The position numbers and the translations under genes were made by a program. Below, in pieces: positions 52,205 to 62,240 of a stretch of 64,000 nucleotides of DNA. The stretch comes from Cyanobacteriota bacterium (GTDB lineage: Bacteria > Cyanobacteriota > Cyanobacteriia > PCC-6307 > Cyanobiaceae): the NCBI GenBank assembly GCA_046052125.1, contig JBJOMY010000005.1, positions 192,001 through 256,000 of the forward strand, read 5' to 3'. A model generated the notes under the pieces. It was not told the DNA's origin. It worked only from the letters and a program-made list of their open reading frames with translations, and did no database searches. Every line of letters starts with the position of its first letter. Positions within the stretch are counted from its first letter, which is position 1.

Positions 52205-55200
52205 TTGGGGCCAGACAGGGTTGGCGCTGCAGTGCTGCTGGGATCATCGTCGCGGCCACCACCGTCACCAAACCAGCGCTCCTCGAGGTTCTTGATCGCC
52301 ACATAGAACGGTGGCACCACACCGAGTGAGAGCACCGTGGCCACCATCAGGCCACCAAAGATCACCGTTCCCAGCGACTGCTGACTGTTAGCTCCAGCCG
52401 TGGTGGCCACCACCAGAGGCAGGAAGCCAGCCAGTGATGCAATCGCCGTCATCAGGATCGGGCGCATGCGTGATTCCGCAGCCGCCATCGCTGCTTCTGG
52501 AACGCTCATCCCAGCCTCCAGATGCTGCTCGGCAACCTCCACAATCAGGATGCCGTTCTTGGCCGCCAGACCAATCAACGTCACCAGACCTACCTGGGCA
52601 TAGATGTTGAGATCGATCGAGCGGATGGCCAAGAACACCAATGCACCGAGCATCGCCAAAGGCACGGTCATCAAGATGATCACCGGCGTCACATAGCTCT
52701 CGTATTGCGCCGAGAGCACCAGATACACGATCAGGATGCCCAAGGCAAACACCAGCACGCTTGCGCTACCGGCTGAAAGCTGCAGTGCAGCGATACCGGT
52801 GAAGGCATAGCCAATGTTGTTGAAATCGAGGCTATTGAAGATGTTCTGAATCGCGGTGAGAGCCTGTCCGGAGCTCTTGCCGATCGCCTCAGCACCCTGC
52901 ACCAGCACCGTGCGATAGAGGTTGTAATGGCTGATCACCGGTGGTGCACTGCTGAGATCCGCTTCAGCGAACTCCGACACCTGCACCAACTTGCCGTCGC
53001 GGTTGCGAACGTAGTAACTGAGAACGTCGTCGAGGTTGCTGCGCTGATCCGGTTGCGACTGCACATAGATGTTGCGCACCTGACCGCTCTCATAGGTGAG
53101 GCCCGAATAGTTGCCACCCGCGAGCACAGCGATGGTTTGCATCGCCTGCTGGAAATCAACGTTCAGAGCACCCAGGGTTGAGCGATCGATCTTCAAACCG
53201 AAAGCCGGTGCACTGGGCACAAACTGCGTATAGAGGGTGGAGAACTGACCACTGGCCTGGCCTGCATTCACCAGCTGCTCAGCCAAGTCATTGAGCTGAG
53301 TGAAGGTGTAAGCGCCGTTGCTGAGGTCGTTGAACTGGAAATAGAAGCCACCCTGCGCTGAGAAGCCCGGAATCGCAGGCGGTTGAGCTGCAACCGCAAG
53401 GCCGCTATCCAATTTGGACAGCTTCTCATTCAGCCGGGCAACGATCGCAGGGGCCTTGTTGTCTGCTCCCGAGCGCTCATCTAGAGGTTTGAAGCCATAG
53501 AAGAACAACCCCTGATCGGGGCTGTTGCCATTGAAGCCGGCGCCACTGATCACACTGCCTGAAATGATGTCGTCTTCCTCGTTCAAAACCTGGGCAATCT
53601 GCGCACCCACCTTCTGCGTTTGAGACAGGGAAGCACCGTTTTGAAGCTGGAAGATACCGAGGCCATAACCCTGGTCTTCCTCGGGGATAAATGCGGAGGG
53701 CAGGGCATTGAAGGCAATCGCGGTCACGACGATGCCACTGGCCAGGCCCATCAGGATCAGCCGGCGGCGATCGATCAGCAGCCTGAGCAACTTGGCGTAG
53801 TTCTGCTCCAGTCGATGGAAGGCGTCGTTGAACCCATCGAAGATCGATGCCAAACGGCTGCCTGCAAAACCGAAGAGCAGCACACCAAAGACGTACGCAC
53901 CGATCCCGAAGGAAGCTGCGCTGAACCGTCCAAAAGCAAGGCCAACCACGATGCCGGCCACAGTCCAGGTCCAACCTTTGGGCTTTGGCGGCTTCTCGGT
54001 TTTGAGAATCAAGCCCGCCATCATCGGAGAGAAGGTGAGGGCGTTGAAGGTGGAAATGGCGATAGCGAAGGCGATCGTGAGAGCGAACTGGCGGTAAATG
54101 ATGCCGATGCCGCCTGGGTAGAAAGCCACCGGCACAAAAACGGCCATGAGCACCAGGGAGGTGGCAATCAGCGCGCCGATCAGCTCGCCCATACAAGCCA
54201 ACGCCGCCTGACGGGGGCGCATCCCGCTCTCCAGGTTCTTCGCCACGGCCTCAATCACCACGATGGCGTCGTCCACCACCAAACCCGTGGCCAACACCAG
54301 ACCGAGCAAGGTGAGCTGGTTGATCGAGAACCCAAAAGCCTTGATGAAGGCGAAGGTTCCAATCAGAGAAATGGGAATCGCAAGGCTCGGCACCACCGTG
54401 GCCCGCCAGTCCTGCAGGAAGAGGAACAGGATCACCAGCACCAGCACGATGGCCAAACCGAGGGCATCGGTCACGCCATCAACAGCGGACTCAATGAACT
54501 GACCAACGTTGTAGATCTCCGTGACCGTGATCCCAGGCGGCACCTGAGTGCGGAACTGATCCATCAGTGCCACCACAGCCTCGCTCACCTGCAGAGCATT
54601 GCTCTCAGGTGTCTGGTAGACGCCAACGGTGATGGCAGGGTGGTTCGCAATATCAACACCAGCAGTGGAATAGGTGTTGAAGCCGTAGGAGGCTTCACCT
54701 ACATCCTTCAGGCGTAAGAGATTGCCGGCAGGTGACTTACCAACAATCAATTGATTGAGTTGCTCAACGGACACCAAATTGCCGTTGTCCTCCACCAGGA
54801 TGGGGTAGGTGAACATCTGGTTACCACCAGCTGGGGGACCACCCACGAGGCCACCGATGGCCACCGAGTTCTGGCTGCGGACTGCCGTCACAACTTGATC
54901 AGCAGTGAGTTGGTTGGCCGTGAGCTTGTCGGGGTCAACGAACAACCAGAACGCCGGGTTGCTACCACCAAACAACGTGGCCTGTGCAACACCTGGGATG
55001 CGTTCAAGCTGGTAGTAAAGCTGCTCGTAAATCAGTCCGTTGATGTAAGAGCGGTCGAACTGCCCCTCGGTGGAGCTCACCTGGTAAGCGAGCAGAATCG
55101 ATGGCGTTGTTTGCAACACCGACACACCGGTGCTGCTCACCTGCGATGGCAGCTGTGGCATCGCCAGGGACACGCGGTTCTGCACGTTCACCTGGTCGAT

Positions 55201-55509
55201 ATTGATATCGGTGTCTTCATCGAAGAAGATATTGACCGTGCTCGAGCCCGTATTAGTGCTCAGCGAGGAGATATAAGCCGAGCCAGGCACACCATTGATC
55301 TGCTGCTCAAGCACATTGGTGACAGCCTGCTCTGTGACCAGAGAATTGGCTCCGGCGTAGGTCGCCGTGACCTGAACCTGAGGCGGAGCAATATTGGGAA
55401 GGTTTTCAATCGGCAGCGTTGGGATGGCAATCAAGCCAACCAACACAATCAAGATGCTGCAAACGGTCGTGAGGACCGGACGCTTGATGAAATTATCGGA
55501 GAGTGACAT
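52201..55509 (-). CDS. RND efflux permease (AcrB/HAE1 family)
   Basis: FIKRPV, PNIAPPQV, GLVVDDAIVV, AAKNGILIVE and RMRPILMT motifs. Confidence 0.96.
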   Translation of the reverse strand: MSLSDNFIKRPVLTTVCSILIVLVGLIAIPTLPIENLPNIAPPQVQVTATYAGANSLVTEQAVTNVLEQQINGVPGSAYISSLSTNTGSSTVNIFFDEDTDINIDQVNVQNRVSLAMPQLPSQVSSTGVSVLQTTPSILLAYQVSSTEGQFDRSYINGLIYEQLYYQLERIPGVAQATLFGGSNPAFWLFVDPDKLTANQLTADQVVTAVRSQNSVAIGGLVGGPPAGGNQMFTYPILVEDNGNLVSVEQLNQLIVGKSPAGNLLRLKDVGEASYGFNTYSTAGVDIANHPAITVGVYQTPESNALQVSEAVVALMDQFRTQVPPGITVTEIYNVGQFIESAVDGVTDALGLAIVLVLVILFLFLQDWRATVVPSLAIPISLIGTFAFIKAFGFSINQLTLLGLVLATGLVVDDAIVVIEAVAKNLESGMRPRQAALACMGELIGALIATSLVLMAVFVPVAFYPGGIGIIYRQFALTIAFAIAISTFNALTFSPMMAGLILKTEKPPKPKGWTWTVAGIVVGLAFGRFSAASFGIGAYVFGVLLFGFAGSRLASIFDGFNDAFHRLEQNYAKLLRLLIDRRRLILMGLASGIVVTAIAFNALPSAFIPEEDQGYGLGIFQLQNGASLSQTQKVGAQIAQVLNEEDDIISGSVISGAGFNGNSPDQGLFFYGFKPLDERSGADNKAPAIVARLNEKLSKLDSGLAVAAQPPAIPGFSAQGGFYFQFNDLSNGAYTFTQLNDLAEQLVNAGQASGQFSTLYTQFVPSAPAFGLKIDRSTLGALNVDFQQAMQTIAVLAGGNYSGLTYESGQVRNIYVQSQPDQRSNLDDVLSYYVRNRDGKLVQVSEFAEADLSSAPPVISHYNLYRTVLVQGAEAIGKSSGQALTAIQNIFNSLDFNNIGYAFTGIAALQLSAGSASVLVFALGILIVYLVLSAQYESYVTPVIILMTVPLAMLGALVFLAIRSIDLNIYAQVGLVTLIGLAAKNGILIVEVAEQHLEAGMSVPEAAMAAAESRMRPILMTAIASLAGFLPLVVATTAGANSQQSLGTVIFGGLMVATVLSLGVVPPFYVAIKNLEERWFGDGGGRDDDPSSTAAPTLSGPN

Positions 55510-55522
55510 ATCTGATTACTCC

Positions 55523-56647
55523 TCAGTTGGCAGCCGCAGGGCCAATCTTCACGGGCAGGCCTGTGCGCAACAGGGCGGTATTGCTCACCACAATGCGCTC
55601 ACCCTTCTGCAGACCTGAGATCAGCGGATAGCGATTGCCTTGAAGCTGGCCAAGCTGAACGGGGGTCTGCACCACGATCGGGGTTGCAGGCGGGAGCGCC
55701 TCCAACTTTTTCTTCGCGGCGTCCGGAAGCGTTGTGGATGCTTTGATCTTGGGAAGCGCCTGAGCCAGGCTGACGATCTTGTAGACGAAGGGCTGCTGGG
55801 CCTGCATCAGAACAGCGTTCACAGGCACCGACAACTGACGGCTACTACCCGTGATGATCCTGTTTTTCACGTATTGCCCCGTCTTCAATGCACCATTTGG
55901 GTTAGGAAACACCGCCTTCACCAGCACCGTGTTTGGCGAAGAAGAAGACCCACTCACGCCGAAGTAGGGGGAGATGAACACCACCTTTCCGTTGGCGGTT
56001 AACGGGGGATTCGTCTGCGTCGCGAGCCGAACCGGCTGCCCCATCTTGACGCTGAGCGCCTGGGTCGCCGGGACATCCATCAAGGTCCAGAGATTGGAAT
56101 TATCAACAATCCCCGTAATCGCCTGACCTTGCCTCACATAATCGCCAATCTTGACAGTGTCGAGGTCGCCGATTTCTCCGTTAATCGGAGCCGTCACGTA
56201 TTTGTATCCGAGCGTGGCGGCATTAGCCTTAACTTGGTCTCGGCTCTGAATCGCCTGAGTCACATAAAAATCACGATCGCGCGTTGAAACCGCTCCCTGA
56301 TCATTCAAGAAGATGTAACGCTCGGCATTGAGCCGATCCTTGCGCGCTTCCGCTTGGGAGGCGTTCAGTTGAGCCGTCTGCTGCACGTTGTCGAGCACCA
56401 GAATCGGCTGCCCTGCCTTCACCTGCTGCCCCTGGCTCACCAGGATCTTCACCACACGGCCGTCGGTTTCAGGCCGCAGCGCCACATCCGTGGTGGAGCT
56501 GAGAACGCTGATCACATCAATCGAGGGATTGAAGTCGGCCTCGCCGATGCTCTCCACCTGCACCACCAACGGCGGCCGAGTCGGGGGCTTCGCTCCACAC
56601 CCCACCAACAGGGCAATCAGTGGGAGGGGAGCCAGGTAGCGCCGCAC
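55523..56647 (-). CDS. RND periplasmic adaptor (MFP) lipoprotein
   Basis: Lipobox LVGC; GQQVKAGQ and VTAPING; lies upstream of the permease. Confidence 0.92.
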   Translation of the reverse strand: MRRYLAPLPLIALLVGCGAKPPTRPPLVVQVESIGEADFNPSIDVISVLSSTTDVALRPETDGRVVKILVSQGQQVKAGQPILVLDNVQQTAQLNASQAEARKDRLNAERYIFLNDQGAVSTRDRDFYVTQAIQSRDQVKANAATLGYKYVTAPINGEIGDLDTVKIGDYVRQGQAITGIVDNSNLWTLMDVPATQALSVKMGQPVRLATQTNPPLTANGKVVFISPYFGVSGSSSSPNTVLVKAVFPNPNGALKTGQYVKNRIITGSSRQLSVPVNAVLMQAQQPFVYKIVSLAQALPKIKASTTLPDAAKKKLEALPPATPIVVQTPVQLGQLQGNRYPLISGLQKGERIVVSNTALLRTGLPVKIGPAAAN

Positions 56648-56726
56648 GGTCCATTGACAGCAGAGCGCAAGTTACCGGATCTGCAGCGTTCTTTCATCGG
56701 ATGATGGCTGCAGAACACAAGACGGC

Positions 56727-58931
56727 GTGAGCGATCTGTTCAGCCATCGCGGCGAGCAGCTGCGCCAGAACCTGGCCCCCTTGGCCGATCGGATGCGGCC
56801 CCGCACCCTGGACGACTTCCAGGGTCAGGAAGAGATTCTGGGGCCAGGTCGCCTGTTGCGCCGGGCCATCACGGCCGATCGCGTCGGCAATCTGATCCTC
56901 TACGGACCGCCCGGAGTGGGCAAAACCACCCTGGCGCGGATCATCGCCGCCACCACCCGCGCCCACTTCAGCAGCCTCAACGCTGTGTTGGCGGGGGTGA
57001 AAGATCTGCGCGCTGAAGTGGATGAAGCGCGCCGCCGGCTGGAGCAACACGGCCTGCGCAGCCTGCTGTTCATCGATGAGGTGCACCGCTTCAACAGCGC
57101 CCAGCAGGACGCCCTGCTGCCCTGGGTGGAGAACGGCACCGTGACGCTGATCGGCGCCACCACCGAGAACCCGTTCTTCGAGGTGAACAAAGCGCTGGTG
57201 AGCCGCTCGCGCCTATTCCGCCTCCAGCCACTCCTGCCCCGGCACCTGCACCAGCTGCTGCAGCGCGCCTTGAGCGACAGCGAGCACGGCTACGGCGACC
57301 GCCAGGTGGTGATCAGCCCTGAAGCCGCTGAGCATCTAGTGGATGTGGCCGGCGGCGATGCCCGCAGTCTGCTCAATGCCCTGGAGCTGGCGGTGGAAAC
57401 CACCGAGCCCGATGAGCGCGGGGTGATCGCCATCGATCTGGCGATCGCCGAGGAATCGATCCAGCAGCGGGCGGTGCTCTACGACAAGCAGGGCGATGCC
57501 CACTTCGACACCATCAGCGCCTTCATCAAATCGCTGCGGGGCAGCGACCCTGATGCGGCGCTGTTCTGGTTGGCCCGCATGGTGGAGGCCGGAGAGAACC
57601 CTCGCTTCATCTTCCGGCGCATGCTCATCTCCGCCGGCGAAGACATCGGCCTGGCCGACCCGCAGGCGGTGGTGGTGGTGGAAGCCTGCGCCGCCGCCTT
57701 TGAGCGCGTGGGGCTGCCGGAAGGCCTCTACCCTCTGGCCCAGGCGGCCCTCTATCTGGCGAGCACCGAGAAGAGCAACAGCCTGCTCGGCTTCTTCGAT
57801 GCCTTGAAAGCGGTGAAGGCCACCAGCCAGCAACAGGTGCCGGCCCATCTGCGCGATGCCAACCGCGATGGCAAAGCCTTCGGCGATGGCGTGGGCTACC
57901 GCTACCCGCATGCCTACGCGGAGCACTGGGTGGCGCAGCAATACCTACCCACAGCGCTGCAAGGGCAGCTCTATTGGCAACCGGGACAGCTGGGCTGGGA
58001 AGGCCAGCGCCGCCAGCAATTGCAGCAGCGGCGGGCCGCCCAACTGGCCGCCGCCGCGGAACACGAAGCCGAGCTCGGAGACGTGCTCACCAGCAGCCCC
58101 GAGGATCCTGCCCTGGAGCGCTGGTTGCAACGACAGCTCGGCAGCGAAGGGGAGCGGCTGGATCAGCTGCGCAGCCAGCTGTGGGATCAGGCCCACTGGC
58201 AGCGCCACGACAGGGTGCTGATCCTCGGGGCCCGTTCCCTGCTCTGGGCCCTGGATCCGCTGCAGCAGACCCCCGAAGGCGGCGTGGTGATTCAGGCCGC
58301 CAGCAACGCCGACAGCGAACGCCTTCAGGCCCAGCTGCGGGTGCTCGACAGCCTGAGGCAGCCACTCATCCTGTCGACACCCCTCGAGCAACTAGCCGGG
58401 GCCCTCGACGCTGACCTGACCTTCGAATGGATTGCCGCCCGCCATCCCTTCCGCAATCTCAACCACACCCAGCTCGAAGCGGCCATTGAGGCACTGCACC
58501 ACTTGGCATCTCCCTCCGCCGAGCTGCGCTTGCTGTTCAGCCAACCGCAGCTCGGCCCGGCTGCGGCCCTGCTCAGCATCAACAACCTCCCAGACAATCT
58601 GAGCACCCTGCTGGAGCCGGCGCAGGCCAAGGAAGCGGGCTGGATGCAGCAGCAACCTGATCTGGAGCAGCTGAGCTCCCAGCTGGAGAAGCACGGCTGG
58701 ACCCTGCAGTGGCAGCGCTGGATCGAACCGCTGGAGCTAAGCCTGAACGCCGGCCTGATTGAGCGTTGGCTTGGCGCAGACGCGACCTATCGCCGTGAGC
58801 TCAGCGGTGTGCTCAACGCGAGCCAGCTCAAAACCCTGGAGCAGGGGCTGACCTCTCTGATGGGACAGCGCCTGCCTCAGCAACTGCAACATCACAAACT
58901 CATCGCCCAACGCCGCGGCCCAGTGCATTGA
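56727..58931 (+). CDS. rarA: Replication-associated recombination protein A (MgsA/RarA) with C-terminal extension
   Basis: [44 protein letters not shown] and EDIGLADP motifs. Confidence 0.92.
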   Translation: MSDLFSHRGEQLRQNLAPLADRMRPRTLDDFQGQEEILGPGRLLRRAITADRVGNLILYGPPGVGKTTLARIIAATTRAHFSSLNAVLAGVKDLRAEVDEARRRLEQHGLRSLLFIDEVHRFNSAQQDALLPWVENGTVTLIGATTENPFFEVNKALVSRSRLFRLQPLLPRHLHQLLQRALSDSEHGYGDRQVVISPEAAEHLVDVAGGDARSLLNALELAVETTEPDERGVIAIDLAIAEESIQQRAVLYDKQGDAHFDTISAFIKSLRGSDPDAALFWLARMVEAGENPRFIFRRMLISAGEDIGLADPQAVVVVEACAAAFERVGLPEGLYPLAQAALYLASTEKSNSLLGFFDALKAVKATSQQQVPAHLRDANRDGKAFGDGVGYRYPHAYAEHWVAQQYLPTALQGQLYWQPGQLGWEGQRRQQLQQRRAAQLAAAAEHEAELGDVLTSSPEDPALERWLQRQLGSEGERLDQLRSQLWDQAHWQRHDRVLILGARSLLWALDPLQQTPEGGVVIQAASNADSERLQAQLRVLDSLRQPLILSTPLEQLAGALDADLTFEWIAARHPFRNLNHTQLEAAIEALHHLASPSAELRLLFSQPQLGPAAALLSINNLPDNLSTLLEPAQAKEAGWMQQQPDLEQLSSQLEKHGWTLQWQRWIEPLELSLNAGLIERWLGADATYRRELSGVLNASQLKTLEQGLTSLMGQRLPQQLQHHKLIAQRRGPVH

Positions 58932-58963
58932 GCCGTTGGCGCAGCGCTCGGGCGCTCCACAGC

Positions 58964-58993
58964 AAAACGGCCCCTGCCCGAGGGCAGAGGCCG
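58964..58993 (-). terminator. Rho-independent terminator of the gene at 59047-59724
   Basis: Minus strand reads CGGCCTCTGCCC-TC-GGGCAGGGGCCG-TTTT. Confidence 0.8.
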
Positions 58994-59046
58994 CAAGCTC
59001 GACATCAACCTGACGATGTCAACCCATCGCCAGGTCGATCAGTCGA

Positions 59047-59724
59047 TCACCAAAGGCCGCGGACAGCCGGAGCCGGCGCTGCAGCAGGGGCCTCAGCGGT
59101 GTAGGCCGCGATGCAGGCGGGGGTGTTCATGTACCAGCTCAGCAGCGATGTGGCGCGCTGGCTGTTGGAGGCGTCGCTCACATCGCACACCTTCATCGAG
59201 CCCTGCAGGCGCTGATCGGTGGGCAGGTTCGACATCATCCCGTAGCTCGAAAGCTTGCCGTCAGCCGAGTCGAGAATGATGGCGCTGCGCACCGCCTGGA
59301 TGCTATTGGCCTGGCTGTAGTAGGGGGTGTAATTGTTGTCCTGAATGCTTGCAGTCAGGAACTGCTCACCCTTCTCGGAGTAGAGGAAACGGGCCACAGC
59401 GGCCACGTCCACGTCGTACTCCTTCTGCAGGCCCGCCTGCAGTTCATCGCGGGACCAACCCGAGAGATCCTTGAGATCCTTGGGCACGGTGTTGTCGATC
59501 ACCTCAGTACCGCCCAGGGGCAGCAGGGTGTTGGAGCGCACGAAGCCCTGGCTAACGGCGCGAGCTGTCTGCGTGGGCAGTCCCTCTTGGATGAAGGTGG
59601 GAGCGCCATAGCGCACGCCAGCTTGATCAGAGTTGATGGTGGTGGGCCCTTGGGGGATGGCCTGGGCCGAGAGGCCTGCAAGCAGGACACCAGCGCCAGC
59701 CAAGGGGAGGAGAACCTTGCGCAT
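59047..59724 (-). CDS. Secreted protein with DUF1400-like domain
   Basis: Signal peptide ending AQA; VARFLYSEKGEQFL and AVRSAIILDSADG; C-terminal APAAAPAPAVRGLW. Confidence 0.75.
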   Translation of the reverse strand: MRKVLLPLAGAGVLLAGLSAQAIPQGPTTINSDQAGVRYGAPTFIQEGLPTQTARAVSQGFVRSNTLLPLGGTEVIDNTVPKDLKDLSGWSRDELQAGLQKEYDVDVAAVARFLYSEKGEQFLTASIQDNNYTPYYSQANSIQAVRSAIILDSADGKLSSYGMMSNLPTDQRLQGSMKVCDVSDASNSQRATSLLSWYMNTPACIAAYTAEAPAAAPAPAVRGLW

Positions 59725-59829
59725 GGTTGTGCAGAAGATGACTCTCCAGGTATGGCGAGCTGGTGGTCCGCCATGGACCTTCTGAAGGTTGATTTAAGAA
59801 TCGGTTGTCAAATAACAAGATTCAGGGGT

Positions 59830-60339
59830 TCAGCCCTGGGCTCTGGTTCGCCGCGCCGGCAGCTCCAGGGGCTGCCAGCCATTCGGGCAGAGCAGCACGT
59901 CTCGGCGCAGGCGAAAGTCTCCGGGTTCACCGCGGCCGCTGCAGGCCATGCCTCTTGGCACGCTCTCCTCGGCCTGCACCCGGGCCACGTAGCGCTCATC
60001 CCCGCTGCGGGGGATCAACAGCAGTTGCACCATCTCCGGTTCCTCAGTGATGCGGGCCTCCATGTCTTCGGGCGGCTCCAGACCCAACACGTCGAGGTAT
60101 CCGGTGAAGCTGCCCCAGAAGTAACGGGTGATCTCTCCACCTACGAACTGGCTCAACACAGCGGTGGCGCGGGAGCGCACATCCTGCTGGGCTTCCTGGC
60201 TGGCCAAATCAGCCAACACCCGATCGGTGGCCGCACCGGTGCGGGTGGCGGGTGGCGGCAACAACCGCAGCTGCACGAGCCCCGCCACGCCGAACAGGCT
60301 CAACAGCGTGAGCACACTGAATCGCAGGGCAATCGGCAT
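59830..60339 (-). CDS. Hypothetical protein, possibly pilin-like
   Basis: N-terminal TM segment, long helix and a C-terminal Cys pair (C...CPNGW). Confidence 0.6.
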   Translation of the reverse strand: MPIALRFSVLTLLSLFGVAGLVQLRLLPPPATRTGAATDRVLADLASQEAQQDVRSRATAVLSQFVGGEITRYFWGSFTGYLDVLGLEPPEDMEARITEEPEMVQLLLIPRSGDERYVARVQAEESVPRGMACSGRGEPGDFRLRRDVLLCPNGWQPLELPARRTRAQG

Positions 60340-60374
60340 GCGGCAGCCTGCCTAGGGCTGGGAACGGCCGGACG

Positions 60375-61064
60375 CTAGCCCCAGATTCCCTGCTCGGCTG
60401 CCTCACCCACCACGGCGCACAACCAGCCGTTACGCAGCTGGATCTGGCAGGCCGGTTGCCAACCCTGCTGAAGATGTTGCAGCTGTTGCAGGTTGGCGTT
60501 CCAGCACCAATGGCGCAGATCACTCGCCAAGCTGCTGCGCTGCCATTTGATCGCCGCTTCCTTACGCACCCAGCTCGCGAGCACCGCTGCCGGGCGTTCG
60601 GCCGCAGCAACGCTCTGCAGGTGCTGCCATTCCTGGGCGGGGAAGAAACGCCGGGCCAGCAGCTCCGCCTGAATCGGCCGCTGCTGCCATTCCAAATCCA
60701 CACCGATCGGCCAAGGCGACCAGGCCAGCAAAAGCTGATCGCGGCTGTGGCTGAGGCTCACATGGCCAAAGCCCTCCGCCAGGATCGGCGCTTCGCCAGG
60801 CTGACTGTGCAAAGGGACCTCCTGGGCCTGGAGTTCCAGCAAGGCCGCTAACTGGCGGCGCAACAGACCCCGACTACGCAGGTAACGCGGCCGCCGCGGC
60901 GCTGGTAGCCGCTGCGCCCAGGCCTGCTCGCGATCAGACACCCACAACGCATCGGTGCCAGCGAGAGCGAGCAGCCACAGACGCGGTTGGCCAAGGTGAT
61001 GCAGCTGTGCCGCGGTGCTCAGGGCTCCCCTTAGGCTCCCGCCATTCTGTTGAAGCCCTGCCAT
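60375..61064 (-). CDS. 4'-phosphopantetheinyl transferase (Sfp/HetI type); start uncertain
   Basis: SLSHS, IGVDLE and WVRKEAAIK motifs. Confidence 0.85.
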   Translation of the reverse strand: MAGLQQNGGSLRGALSTAAQLHHLGQPRLWLLALAGTDALWVSDREQAWAQRLPAPRRPRYLRSRGLLRRQLAALLELQAQEVPLHSQPGEAPILAEGFGHVSLSHSRDQLLLAWSPWPIGVDLEWQQRPIQAELLARRFFPAQEWQHLQSVAAAERPAAVLASWVRKEAAIKWQRSSLASDLRHWCWNANLQQLQHLQQGWQPACQIQLRNGWLCAVVGEAAEQGIWG

Positions 61065-61530
61065 GGCTCTGCAAACCGGCGATGCCGCTCCCGCGTTCAC
61101 CCTTCCCGACCAGGACGGCAATGCAGTGAGCCTGGCCAGTTTCAAGGGCCAGCGCGTGGTGATCTACTTCTATCCCAAGGACGACACCCCCGGCTGCACC
61201 AAGGAAGCCTGCAACTTCCGCGATCAATGGGCTGCCTTCAAGCAGCACAACATCGCCGTACTGGGCATCAGTAAAGACGGAGCGGTCAGCCACAGCAAGT
61301 TCATCAGCAAATACGAGCTGCCGTTCACCCTGCTCACCGACGCCGAGCCCTGCCCGGTGGCCGAAAGCTTTGGCAGCTATGGCCTCAAGAAGTTCATGGG
61401 CCGCGAATACATGGGGATGATGCGCCACACCTTCGTGGTGGATGCCGAAGGCAAGATCGAGAAGGCCTACACGAAAGTGAAAGCCGAAACCATGGCCGAC
61501 GACATCCTGCGGGATCTGGGCCTGGCCTGA
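61063..61530 (+). CDS. bcp: Thioredoxin-dependent thiol peroxidase (BCP/PrxQ)
   Basis: YFYPKDDTPGCTKEAC motif. Confidence 0.95.
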   Translation: MALQTGDAAPAFTLPDQDGNAVSLASFKGQRVVIYFYPKDDTPGCTKEACNFRDQWAAFKQHNIAVLGISKDGAVSHSKFISKYELPFTLLTDAEPCPVAESFGSYGLKKFMGREYMGMMRHTFVVDAEGKIEKAYTKVKAETMADDILRDLGLA

Positions 61531-61540
61531 GGCCAACCCC

Positions 61541-62239
61541 TCAGGGCAGCAGCCCAACCGCCGGGAGCGCCGCCATGGCTTCCAAGGCCAGATCCGGCGC
61601 CCACACCGGCTTGAGCTGCTGCTCCTCCAACAACGGCATCAGCCCCGGCGCATCCCCACCGGTGAGCCAAAGGCTTGTCGGTGGGCTCTCGCGGCACGCC
61701 TGGCGCCACGCCTGCGCGATCGCCGCGGCCACCCCTCGCCGGCAGCCTTCGGCCATGGCGGACTCCGTGTGAATCGGCCAGGCTTCGCCCATCTCCGCCC
61801 CTGCAGCGTTCACCGCAGGCAGCTGGGCTGTTGATCCCGTGAGCGCTCGCAACTGGAGAGCCACACCCGCGCTGATCAAGCCACCGGCGAAGCCACCGTC
61901 GGCGCTCACCCGGGTCAGGCTCAAGGCCGTGCCGGCATCGGCCACCAACACCGCACTCCCCTGCTGCTGCCAGGCACGCCAGCCCACCAGGGCGCGATCG
62001 ATGCCCAGCCAGGGCGGCAGCCCCTGCAGAGGCACATCCTCAAGGGCAATCCGCCGGGCGGAGCTAGATGCCAACCGCAGGGGCAACGCACCAACCGCAG
62101 CCCAGGCCTGCAAAGTTCCTGCGTCCGCCGGATCAAGGGAAGACGCTGGCGCGGTGTGCCAACAGCGCAACTCACCTGAACCGGCGTCCAGCTCGGCCCA
62201 GTGCCAGCGGCTGTTGCCGATCAGCAACAGCCGCCCCAC
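61541..62239 (-). CDS. coaX: Type III pantothenate kinase
   Basis: IGNSR, GIDR, DAGTA and LTGGD motifs. Confidence 0.88.
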   Translation of the reverse strand: MGRLLLIGNSRWHWAELDAGSGELRCWHTAPASSLDPADAGTLQAWAAVGALPLRLASSSARRIALEDVPLQGLPPWLGIDRALVGWRAWQQQGSAVLVADAGTALSLTRVSADGGFAGGLISAGVALQLRALTGSTAQLPAVNAAGAEMGEAWPIHTESAMAEGCRRGVAAAIAQAWRQACRESPPTSLWLTGGDAPGLMPLLEEQQLKPVWAPDLALEAMAALPAVGLLP

Positions 62240-62240
62240 C

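Noticed and set aside
59740..59830. AT-rich stretch with TTGACA and CTTAAATC on the minus strand (possible Pho box or sigma70 promoter)
   Set aside because: No well-spaced -10 element and no convincing 11-bp periodic repeat; probably a promoter region, but the motif cannot be assigned.
60375..61064. PPTase as a marker of an NRPS/PKS cluster
   Set aside because: No carrier protein or synthase genes nearby; cyanobacteria commonly use a single Sfp-type enzyme for fatty acid ACP.
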